A DNA stretch of 32,000 nucleotides from an uncultured Clostridia bacterium (GTDB lineage Bacteria; Bacillota; Clostridia; Christensenellales; UBA1242). Where the stretch lies: positions 246-32,245 of the forward strand of contig CALVNN010000007.1 in NCBI GenBank assembly GCA_944349765.1. Reading direction: 5' to 3'. The notes under the pieces are model-generated. The model had not been told where the DNA came from. It did not search any database and worked only from the letters and a program-made list of their open reading frames with translations. Position numbers and translations under genes: made by a program. Below, piece by piece: positions 1 through 7,405 of the stretch. The stretch's first letter is position 1; each line of letters starts with the position of its first letter.

Positions 1-43
1 TTAAAAACTCTACACCCCATAACTTTATCTTTGTTTGTAACGC

Positions 44-72
44 TTGACAGTAAAAAATAGGTGTGATAAACT
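44..72 (+). promoter_or_regulatory. sigma-A type promoter upstream of argS
   Basis: TTGACA (44-49), 17-nt spacer, TGaTAAACT extended -10 (64-72). GGAG SD at 91-94 before ATG 102. Confidence 0.45.
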
Positions 73-101
73 GAAAAATAGTTAACTTTTGGAGAAACAA
101 A

Positions 102-1784
102 ATGATTATATCAAGATTAAATGAACTTTTTAAAAAGACTTATAATAATTTGGGAATACAAATTGAGCCAAAAATAATTGCATCAAATAGAGAGGATTTA
201 TGTGATTATCAATGTGACGATGCATTTAAACTAGCAAAAGATATGCATATGAGTCCAATTGATATAGGCAACAAAATTATTGAAGATCTACAAAAAAATA
301 GTGAATATGATAAAATCATAGAAGATGCAGAAGTATACACTCCTGGCTTTATAAATATAAAGATTAGTAAAGAACTAATTAACGACGCTCTGAATAAAAT
401 GAATATCCCGCATTTTGGATTAAAAGCCGACTCTCCTAAAAAGATATTTTTTGACTATGGTGGGCCAAATATGGCGAAGCCTCTCCACGTAGGTCATTCT
501 AGGTCACCAATAATAGGCGAAGCTATAAAAAGAATGTATGCATATTTGGGTAATGAGGTTATAAGTGACATACATTTGGGTGATACAGGACTACAAATAG
601 GACAAGTTCTTTACGCTATACAAAGAGACAATGTAGGGATAGATAATATAACATTGAGTTACTTAGACAAAGTCTACCCTGAGATAAGCGGATTATGCAA
701 GACCGACGCAGAAGTAAAGGCAAAATGCGAAGATTTGACGTTTAGATTGCAAAAAGGCGAAGAAGAATTAGAAAGATACTTTGAAGCTATATCCAAAATA
801 TCTGTCGGTGAAATAAAAAGGATATATGATTATTTAGATATTCATTTTGACACATGGGAAGGCGAACATAGTGCGTTAAAATATGTAGATAAGGTCGAAA
901 ATCTACTAAAAGACAAAGGATTACTAAAAGAAAGCGAGGGAGCTCTAATCGTAGATGTCGCAAATGATGAGGATAAAAAACCTATGCCACCGCTACTTTT
1001 CAAAAAGAGCAACGGAGCATGCATATATGCCACTACTGACCTAGCTAGTATAGAACAAAGAGTAGAAGATTTTGACCCTGAGCATTTTATATATTTAGCC
1101 GACTTAAGACAAGCATTACACTTCGAGCAGGTTTTTAGAACGGTTAAATTGTCAAATTTGACAAATGCTAGCTTTGAATTTTGTGGATTTGGGACAGTTA
1201 ATGGTCCTGATGGAAAACCCTTTAAGACAAGAGCTGGTGACACTCCTAAACTTTGGGACTTACTCCAGGAGATAAAAGCCAACTTTGTGGCACTTAAAGC
1301 AGAAAATAGTCAAATGGAACAAAGTGACCTTGATAAAATAGTGACGGGTATATTGAAGTTTGCGGACCTTCAAAACTTTAGAGAGAAGGATTATATCTTT
1401 GATATAGATAAGTTTTCTAAAGTAGTTGGAAAAACTGGCCCGTATATTATGTACACTTACCTAAGAATAAATAAAGTTATTGAGGAAAATCTCATTACAA
1501 AACTTGACCATACTATAACAAATGACTCTGATAGACGCTTAAGAATAAAAATATTACAATTAAAAGATATTTTTGACTCAGCCATTAAACATAATGCACC
1601 AGATATCATAGCTAATTATTTATACAATTTGTGTGTATTAAGCAATGCTTTTTATGAAAATAATAGATTAAATGAAGCAAGCGAAGAAACCAAAACTCAA
1701 TGGGTTAGCTTACTAAATATAAGCAATAGAATTATTTTAGATTTGAGCAATATATTGGGATTACAAATGCCTAGTAAAATGTAA
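102..1784 (+). CDS. argS: arginine--tRNA ligase
   Basis: 560 aa. Class I HIGH motif as HVGH (PLHVGHSRSPIIGEAIKR), an MSTR-like FKTRAGD segment, and ArgRS-type N-terminal and C-terminal anticodon-binding regions. Confidence 0.93.
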   Translation: MIISRLNELFKKTYNNLGIQIEPKIIASNREDLCDYQCDDAFKLAKDMHMSPIDIGNKIIEDLQKNSEYDKIIEDAEVYTPGFINIKISKELINDALNKMNIPHFGLKADSPKKIFFDYGGPNMAKPLHVGHSRSPIIGEAIKRMYAYLGNEVISDIHLGDTGLQIGQVLYAIQRDNVGIDNITLSYLDKVYPEISGLCKTDAEVKAKCEDLTFRLQKGEEELERYFEAISKISVGEIKRIYDYLDIHFDTWEGEHSALKYVDKVENLLKDKGLLKESEGALIVDVANDEDKKPMPPLLFKKSNGACIYATTDLASIEQRVEDFDPEHFIYLADLRQALHFEQVFRTVKLSNLTNASFEFCGFGTVNGPDGKPFKTRAGDTPKLWDLLQEIKANFVALKAENSQMEQSDLDKIVTGILKFADLQNFREKDYIFDIDKFSKVVGKTGPYIMYTYLRINKVIEENLITKLDHTITNDSDRRLRIKILQLKDIFDSAIKHNAPDIIANYLYNLCVLSNAFYENNRLNEASEETKTQWVSLLNISNRIILDLSNILGLQMPSKM

Positions 1785-1796
1785 TAATATTTATTT

Positions 1797-1822
1797 AAAA
1801 CTCACCAGCTGGTGAGTTTTTC
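1797..1822 (+). terminator. intrinsic terminator after argS
   Basis: Palindrome CTCACCAGCTGGTGAG (1801-1816) followed by TTTTT. Confidence 0.8.
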
Positions 1823-1824
1823 AC

Positions 1825-1852
1825 TTGACTAATTTTATTAAAATATTATAAT
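1825..1852 (+). promoter_or_regulatory. promoter of proB
   Basis: TTGACT (1825-1830), 16-nt spacer, TATAAT (1847-1852). The ATG lies 8 nt after the -10 and has no SD. Confidence 0.5.
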
Positions 1853-1860
1853 TATTTACT

Positions 1861-2661
1861 ATGGAAAGAGATTTAAAAGTAAAACGAATGGTAGTTAAAA
1901 TAGGTTCTTCATCACTCACCTACCAACACACACAAAAAATAAGTATAGATAGAATTGATAGACTAGCTAGAGAAATAAGTGATCTGGTTAATAGCGGTAT
2001 AGAAGTAATACTCGTTAGTTCTGGCGCAATAGCTACAGGAATGTCAAGATTAAATATAGAAAACAAACCTAGTGAACTAGAGTTTAAACAAGCTTTAGCG
2101 TGTGTAGGACAATCTAATTTGATAGAAATATACAATAAATGCTTTGCTGACTATGGATATACCGTTGGTCAATTACTACTTACAAAATATGTGTTTGATA
2201 ACACTTCAATGCGGAAAAATGCGGAAAATTGCATAAATCAAATGCTAAAAATGAATATTATACCTATAATTAATGAAAACGACAGTATTTCCATAGATGA
2301 AATCAAACTAGGTGACAATGATAACCTTTCTTACATAGTAGCAAAGATTGTAAAGGCGGATTTGCTAGTACTACTCTCAGATATAGACGGAGTATTTGAC
2401 AAAGATCCACACAAATACAGTGATGCTAAGATTCTAGAAGAAGCTAATATTGATAATCTAAAGAACATAGATACAAATGGTGGATCGACTATGGGTACTG
2501 GTGGTATTCTAACAAAAATAAAGGCGTGTATTGACGCCAGTGACGCAGGTATAAACGCAATTATAGCAAATGCAAATGAGAAATTTATATTAAAACAAAT
2601 AATAAGAAATAAGATAAAGGGAACTTTATTTAAGGCTAAAACACAAAAAAATCGCAATTAA
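1861..2661 (+). CDS. proB: glutamate 5-kinase (short form without PUA domain)
   Basis: 266 aa. VVKIGSSSLT N-terminal motif, NENDSIS and GDNDNLS motifs typical of ProB / amino-acid kinase fold. No proA follows. Confidence 0.88.
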   Translation: MERDLKVKRMVVKIGSSSLTYQHTQKISIDRIDRLAREISDLVNSGIEVILVSSGAIATGMSRLNIENKPSELEFKQALACVGQSNLIEIYNKCFADYGYTVGQLLLTKYVFDNTSMRKNAENCINQMLKMNIIPIINENDSISIDEIKLGDNDNLSYIVAKIVKADLLVLLSDIDGVFDKDPHKYSDAKILEEANIDNLKNIDTNGGSTMGTGGILTKIKACIDASDAGINAIIANANEKFILKQIIRNKIKGTLFKAKTQKNRN

Positions 2662-2677
2662 ATGCGATTTTTTATTA
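2651..2677. terminator. bidirectional terminator between proB and the convergent unknown gene
   Basis: ATCGCA / TGCGAT stem (2651-2668) flanked by an A-run upstream and TTTTTT downstream. Confidence 0.7.
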
Positions 2678-2679
2678 TA

Positions 2680-3282
2680 TTAACGATTTTTTTCTTTAGA
2701 AGTATTAGCAACTTTTTTTGTTTCTTTTTCTTCTATTACAGCTTCCTCAGCATAACCCTTTTTATTTAGAATAAATTCGGTTCTTTGAATAGTTACACCA
2801 AGTTCTTTTTTCATATTATTTACCATACCACATTCAAGGCATAAATAGCAATATCCGTCAACCACTGACTTTACGTTGCTCTTTTTAAGAGTGATATTTT
2901 CTAATCCAGCTTTAGCATTTTTAACCCAGTTCTCTACTAGTGGTAAATTCTTATAAGCTCTATTCACATTATTAATAAACCAAGTAGGGCTCATACGCTT
3001 ACTATAAAACTCAACTTCTTCTTCGCCCATTTTCTTTTCTTCTCTTACAGCTTCTAGAGTATATTTTATATCATCTCTATATTTACGAACTTCTTCTGGA
3101 TAACGCACAGTCATCTTGTCTAATGTATCTTTGTATACTTTTTTTAATGCAGAGAGCTCTTTTGAGTGCTTAATCATACGCTCTGACACATCGATTAATC
3201 CCTTAGCGTATTCTTTAGACACTGCTTCATACTCAGGTACTTTCGCCTCTACGCCATAATATTCTACCTTAACTATTCTCAT
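2680..3282 (-). CDS. hypothetical protein, paralog A of tandem pair (contains CxxCxxC)
   Basis: 200 aa with ATG start and GGGAGG SD. Homologous to the neighbouring ORF 3386-4003. No TM or signal peptide. No family recognised. Confidence 0.75.
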   Translation of the reverse strand: MRIVKVEYYGVEAKVPEYEAVSKEYAKGLIDVSERMIKHSKELSALKKVYKDTLDKMTVRYPEEVRKYRDDIKYTLEAVREEKKMGEEEVEFYSKRMSPTWFINNVNRAYKNLPLVENWVKNAKAGLENITLKKSNVKSVVDGYCYLCLECGMVNNMKKELGVTIQRTEFILNKKGYAEEAVIEEKETKKVANTSKEKNR

Positions 3283-3311
3283 AATTATTCCTCCCTAAGT
3301 TACTTTTTATC

Positions 3312-3340
3312 ATTATACTACAATTTATTCAATAAGTAAA
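3312..3340 (-). promoter_or_regulatory. promoter of paralog A
   Basis: On the minus strand: TTTACT, 17 nt, TATAAT, with a GTAGTATAAT core shared with the paralog B promoter. Confidence 0.5.
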
Positions 3341-3344
3341 TACC

Positions 3345-3385
3345 CAAAATAAAAAATTAGAGTAATTATTTACTCTTACTCTAAT
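3345..3385 (-). terminator. intrinsic terminator after paralog B
   Basis: 10-bp stem ATTAGAGTAA / TTACTCTAAT (3356-3365 / 3376-3385) followed by a T-run on the minus strand. It abuts the stop codon. Confidence 0.75.
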
Positions 3386-4003
3386 TTATCTTGACCTCTC
3401 CCCATCATTTCGCTGTTCTCTTTCTTCAACAACTACATATTCAACTTCCAATGGCTCTTCTTCAAAGCCACGAGCTTTTCCAAACTCCGCAGTTCTAGAT
3501 ATTATAGACTTTATAGTCTTAACTCTATATCTCAAAATAACTGTGTGGTGAGCAATATCATAATAGCTGTCCATAAAAGTTTCAATATCTTTTACTTTCT
3601 TAGCTTTCTTAACCGTTCTATTAAAATGTGCCAAATCTTCCTCAATTTGATCAGTAGCACACAAAGCGTATCTTGAAAAAGCATTGCTCATAGCAACCAA
3701 CGACTTGGTGTCTTTACATTTTGAAATTGATTCAATAGTCTTAGCAACTTTCTCTCTTTCACCTTTCAAATATTGCTTATCTTCATTTAAAGCTGTTATA
3801 TACTTTGCCATTTCATTAGGATACTTTTCCTTAAAACTTCTAAGCACAATATCCGCAGCGTATTTATTTTTGTTACTAATTTTTGACAATGCTACTAAGT
3901 CCTCAGCAACACCAATTATTCCTTCAGCAAACTCCTCGGAAAAAGCTTCATATACAGGATACTTTTCATCTACATGTATACCATTATATTTTTCAAACTT
4001 CAT
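3386..4003 (-). CDS. hypothetical protein, paralog B of tandem pair
   Basis: 205 aa with GAGGAG SD. Shares KYPVYEAFSEEFAEGIIGV, KYPNEMAKY and RTAEFGKARGFEEE blocks with paralog A. Confidence 0.75.
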   Translation of the reverse strand: MKFEKYNGIHVDEKYPVYEAFSEEFAEGIIGVAEDLVALSKISNKNKYAADIVLRSFKEKYPNEMAKYITALNEDKQYLKGEREKVAKTIESISKCKDTKSLVAMSNAFSRYALCATDQIEEDLAHFNRTVKKAKKVKDIETFMDSYYDIAHHTVILRYRVKTIKSIISRTAEFGKARGFEEEPLEVEYVVVEEREQRNDGERSR

Positions 4004-4030
4004 ATTAAGTCTCCTCTATGCGTTTTTCTT

Positions 4031-4059
4031 ATTATACTACTTTTTTAATAAAATGTAAA
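4031..4059 (-). promoter_or_regulatory. promoter of paralog B
   Basis: On the minus strand: TTTACA, 17 nt, TATAAT (GTAGTATAAT core). Confidence 0.55.
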
Positions 4060-4099
4060 TAGTTTTTAAAAAAATAATATTGCCTGAAATATTGCACTT

Positions 4100-4135
4100 A
4101 AAAAAAACTTTACCCTTACCTTAAAAAGGATAAAG
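4100..4135 (-). terminator. intrinsic terminator after rnj
   Basis: About 10-bp stem (CTTTATCCTT / AAGGGTAAAG, one GU pair) followed by a run of 8 U on the minus strand. Confidence 0.7.
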
Positions 4136-4145
4136 CTATCTTTAT

Positions 4146-6089
4146 TTATTGAATTATGGTTAGTATCAAAGGCTTTCTTTTAGTCTTCTTAAAGAAGAAG
4201 TTTGTAAGAGTCTTTTTGACTAATTGCTTAATCATTGCTTTTTCCATACCTTTCAAGTCAGTATTGTCCAAAGCTTCCTTTAAAAATATTTTAGCCTCTG
4301 ATACGACTTCATTTTGTTCATCATTATATATAAAGCCACGACTCATCAGCTCTGGTTTACGTGATAATCTGCCCTGGTTATTCACATAAACTAACGCAAC
4401 ACAAACACCATCAGCACTTAATTGTTTTCTATCACGAAGCACAGCGCTATCCATATCACCGACGCCGTAACCATCAACTAAACGTTTTCCCGAAGTAACA
4501 TCTGGCGCTCTTGTGATACTATTGTGACCTATCTCAATAACATTACCTAAATCGGCTATCATGGTATTACGCTCTGGAACGCCCATGCTAATAGCCAATT
4601 TTTGATGCAACTTCAAATGGCGATATTCACCGTGTATTGGTATGAAAAATTTAGGTTTAACCAGTGCATGAATGGTACGCAACTCCTCTTGGCAGGCGTG
4701 ACCAGACACATGTACTTGTGCCAGTTCGTGATATATTACCATAGCACCTTTTTGATATAGTTTATTTATCACTCTGTATACAAAGCTTTCATTACCTGGA
4801 ATAGGCGAAGACGATAATATAACGCAATCATTCTCATCTATTGTTATCTTAGGGAAATCATCATTCGCCATTCTAGACAAAGCACTCATAGGTTCCCCTT
4901 GACTACCAGTACTCACAATGACAATTTCACTAGGTTTGTAATTATTAACCTTTTCTATATCTATAAGGACTCTCTTATCAAACTTTAATTCTCCGACTTT
5001 CATAGCGGTCTCAGTAATATTTACCATAGAACGCCCACTAAAAGCTACTTTACGCTTGTATTTTACAGCTAAATCTAATATTTCTTGCAATCTATAAGTG
5101 TTTGAAGCAAATGTAGCAATAATCAAACGTTTATCCTTGTATTGTTCGTACAATCTATCAAGCGTTTCTTTTACACTTGCTTCACTCATACTATATCCAC
5201 TACGCTCAACATTTGTTGACTCGCATAGCAAAAGTTGAACACCCTTATTGCCTATCTCGGCAAATCTAGCCATATCGGTCACAGCACCACTAATAGGGCA
5301 GAAATCTAGCTTAAAGTCACCAGTATGCACAACTTGCCCAACAGGCGTTGATATGCTCAAAGCCATAGAACCCGCAATTGAATGATTTACGTGAATAAAT
5401 TCCGCCTCAAAACATCCTAATTTTACCTTTTGACCTGGTTTTACAGAATTAGCGTTATATTTAATTCTTGGATGCTCTCTGAGTTTATTTTCAACTAAAG
5501 CCATCGTCATACGACTGCCGTACATAGGTGCTTTTATTTCATTGACAACATAAGGCAAACCACCAATATGATCCTCATGTCCGTGAGTAAGTAGTATTCC
5601 TCTTATCTTCTCTTTATTGCAAAGCAAATAAGTTATATCAGGTACTACTACATCTATACCAGGCATTTCATTGTCTGGAAAAGTTAGTCCAGCATCTATT
5701 ACAATAATATCATTTTCATACTCAAGAGCGGTCATATTCTTACCAATTTCACCTACACCGCCTAAAAAAACCACCTTCAATTTCTTATTTCTTTGGGTAT
5801 GATTTTTTGCAATAATTTCTTCTTCTAGCTCACCTTGGCCTACTTGAAGTTCATTTACTCTACGCTTTTTAGGTGTAGCTTTTTCTATTATATTCGCTTC
5901 CACACTTGTTTCTTTTTCATTTTTTACATCAACAGGTTGAAAGCCATTCTCACCTATTTCAAATAATGTTTTTTGAGGTTTGTTCAAATTTTTTGTACGT
6001 GTTATTCTTCTTTTTTTAGTACTATCAACACTTGTTCGAGTCTTATCTACTTCAGATTGAACAGTAGTCGACATATCATTCTCATTCAT
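4146..6089 (-). CDS. rnj: ribonuclease J with ~100 aa basic N-terminal extension
   Basis: 647 aa. The metallo-beta-lactamase motif LTHGHEDHIGG, the beta-CASP region and GGVGEIGKN start only near aa 105. AAGGAG SD lies 9 nt before ATG 6089. Confidence 0.93.
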   Translation of the reverse strand: MNENDMSTTVQSEVDKTRTSVDSTKKRRITRTKNLNKPQKTLFEIGENGFQPVDVKNEKETSVEANIIEKATPKKRRVNELQVGQGELEEEIIAKNHTQRNKKLKVVFLGGVGEIGKNMTALEYENDIIVIDAGLTFPDNEMPGIDVVVPDITYLLCNKEKIRGILLTHGHEDHIGGLPYVVNEIKAPMYGSRMTMALVENKLREHPRIKYNANSVKPGQKVKLGCFEAEFIHVNHSIAGSMALSISTPVGQVVHTGDFKLDFCPISGAVTDMARFAEIGNKGVQLLLCESTNVERSGYSMSEASVKETLDRLYEQYKDKRLIIATFASNTYRLQEILDLAVKYKRKVAFSGRSMVNITETAMKVGELKFDKRVLIDIEKVNNYKPSEIVIVSTGSQGEPMSALSRMANDDFPKITIDENDCVILSSSPIPGNESFVYRVINKLYQKGAMVIYHELAQVHVSGHACQEELRTIHALVKPKFFIPIHGEYRHLKLHQKLAISMGVPERNTMIADLGNVIEIGHNSITRAPDVTSGKRLVDGYGVGDMDSAVLRDRKQLSADGVCVALVYVNNQGRLSRKPELMSRGFIYNDEQNEVVSEAKIFLKEALDNTDLKGMEKAMIKQLVKKTLTNFFFKKTKRKPLILTIIQ

Positions 6090-6123
6090 TATATCTATCT
6101 CCTTTTATTTTTTTTGTTAACTG

Positions 6124-6152
6124 ATTATAAATAGAATATTCTCTTTAGTGAA
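6124..6152 (-). promoter_or_regulatory. candidate promoter of rnj
   Basis: On the minus strand: TTCACT, 17 nt, TATAAT. The spacer contains the palindrome AGAATATTCT. Confidence 0.35.
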
Positions 6153-6155
6153 TTA

Positions 6156-7094
6156 CTAGAGAATATACTTCATATCTTTTATATCTATTTGTTCATCTAA
6201 TTTTTTGCTATAAACCACTTCACTTGGCGTAACATAATAATTTAAACCATATGCATTAAAATAAAGTACCATACTTAATATGTTGAAAGATAACAAACTA
6301 GCTGGTAATGTTACTATCAGCCCTACGCCAAAGGTATATAAGCCAACAAAAGCATTTATAAAGAATACGCAAACAATTAAGACAAAGTTATATGAAAAAT
6401 TCTTTCCAAATTGTCTTAAAGTATTAATTAATCCACGCTCTAAAATGCATTTTAATTTAGGATTATGAACAATTGATGAAGCCTGAAAAAATCCTAATAT
6501 AGTTCTTTCTAAAGTAATTGCCAATAAAACAACAAGTATTACAAGGAAAATACCCAAATAGGTAACAATTCCCCCAAATACAAACATTTTAGAAATAGCA
6601 AAACATAAAAGAAATACAATAAGCGAATAAGGCACGGTAAAAATAAGCTTAAAAGCTGATACTTTAATAGCACTTTTTAAGTTGCCCATAAAGCTTGCAA
6701 GATATTTAATCTTTGTATTGCAACTCATTGCTCCATATAACACATCACTTTCTGCCATATCAGACAATCCTAACAAAAATGGCAAAAGTGCAAAAACTAG
6801 TATAAACAATAATATTATACTAAATACATAAGAGTCCATCATTATAGAATTTATAATATCTGCAATATTTTGGGAGGCTGTCGCCATTTGTTGACCTCTA
6901 AATGACAGTAATCCTTCAAAAAAAGCAAAAACCTCACCAAGCAAGTCTTGACTCTGAATAGACTCAAAAATAGGTGCAACCAACTGATAACCCAAATAGA
7001 TTACCAAAGCAAAACAAATTAATTTATATAAACCACTCTTCCACGTCAAAGAAAAATTAGAAGAAAGGATTTTTAATGTATTTTTAATACCCAT
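6156..7094 (-). CDS. multi-pass integral membrane protein, unknown function
   Basis: Several long hydrophobic segments. The ORF-track start at 7115 is TTG and sits on a TATAAT box, so ATG at 7094 (MGIKNTLK) is more plausible. Confidence 0.7.
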   Translation of the reverse strand: MGIKNTLKILSSNFSLTWKSGLYKLICFALVIYLGYQLVAPIFESIQSQDLLGEVFAFFEGLLSFRGQQMATASQNIADIINSIMMDSYVFSIILLFILVFALLPFLLGLSDMAESDVLYGAMSCNTKIKYLASFMGNLKSAIKVSAFKLIFTVPYSLIVFLLCFAISKMFVFGGIVTYLGIFLVILVVLLAITLERTILGFFQASSIVHNPKLKCILERGLINTLRQFGKNFSYNFVLIVCVFFINAFVGLYTFGVGLIVTLPASLLSFNILSMVLYFNAYGLNYYVTPSEVVYSKKLDEQIDIKDMKYIL

Positions 7095-7116
7095 AAATAT
7101 TTCTCTTAAATTCAAA

Positions 7117-7145
7117 ATTATAAAACAAATCTAAGGTCAGTACAA
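7117..7145 (-). promoter_or_regulatory. candidate promoter of membrane protein gene
   Basis: On the minus strand: TTGTAC, 17 nt, TATAAT. The -35 is weak. Confidence 0.3.
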
Positions 7146-7161
7146 TATAATATATACTGAC
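7136..7161. promoter_or_regulatory. inverted repeat overlapping -35 of the membrane protein promoter
   Basis: GTCAGTA-N12-TACTGAC. Confidence 0.35.
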
Positions 7162-7286
7162 ACTAAACAAAACATAACCACCATTACCCGCTTAATTGTT
7201 ATTTTAAGTATAACTGATTTAAATACGTTTTGCAAGACTTTTTTTATAATTTTTACCAAATCGCAAAAAGATACATATTGTGACAT

Positions 7287-7316
7287 ATTTAGATAAAATA
7301 AAATTTTTATCTAAAT
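7287..7316. promoter_or_regulatory. perfect 12-bp inverted repeat, candidate regulator binding site
   Basis: ATTTAGATAAAA-N6-TTTTATCTAAAT. It lies just upstream of the -35 of the 7406 gene, between divergent genes where no terminator is needed. Confidence 0.4.
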
Positions 7317-7329
7317 TTTAAAAATTTGT

Positions 7330-7358
7330 TTGCATTTTATTTAATTTTATTCTATACT
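7330..7358 (+). promoter_or_regulatory. promoter of coiled-coil membrane-anchored protein gene
   Basis: TTGCAT (7330-7335), 17 nt, TATACT (7353-7358). AAGGAGG SD before ATG 7406. Confidence 0.5.
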
Positions 7359-7405
7359 TTAGTTTAGAAGAAGCTTTTCTTCAACTATTCTTAAGGAGGA
7401 TTTCA

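Noticed and set aside
1-101. Possible T-box leader upstream of argS (also looked for upstream of the MetRS-like gene at 20907-21100)
   Set aside because: There is no T-box consensus (AAnnnGGGTGGTACCGCG-like) and no specifier or antiterminator architecture. Only about 30 nt separate the predicted argS TSS from the SD, and upstream of the MetRS-like gene is ftsY coding sequence.
842-1282. 146-aa minus-strand ORF inside argS, and similar antisense ORFs inside proB (1920-2135, 2331-2657), paralog B (3684-4058), rnj (4156-4389), the membrane protein gene (6280-6468), miaA (11600-11872), mutL (12406-12597, 12667-12864), mutS (14810-15079, 15734-15949), the PBP gene (17497-17694, 18373-18582), the MetRS-like gene (19655-19843), ftsY (21194-21415, 21416-21610), plsX (26631-27107), the patatin-like gene (28012-28206), fakA (29774-30016, 30725-31069) and asp23 (31311-31520)
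   Set aside because: Each lies entirely opposite a well-supported conserved CDS. None has an SD or promoter, and the compositions are Ser/Leu/Phe/Ile-rich low complexity, typical of antisense frames in AT-rich DNA.
2680-4003. Idea that the tandem paralogs are YlbF/YmcA (RicF/RicA)-type Fe-S regulators, prompted by the paralog pair, the helical nature, the Cys cluster and the RNase neighbour
   Set aside because: I could not align them to the remembered RicA/RicF sequences. The sizes differ (about 200 aa vs about 145 aa), and only one copy has cysteines clustered. This is left as untested speculation rather than a call.
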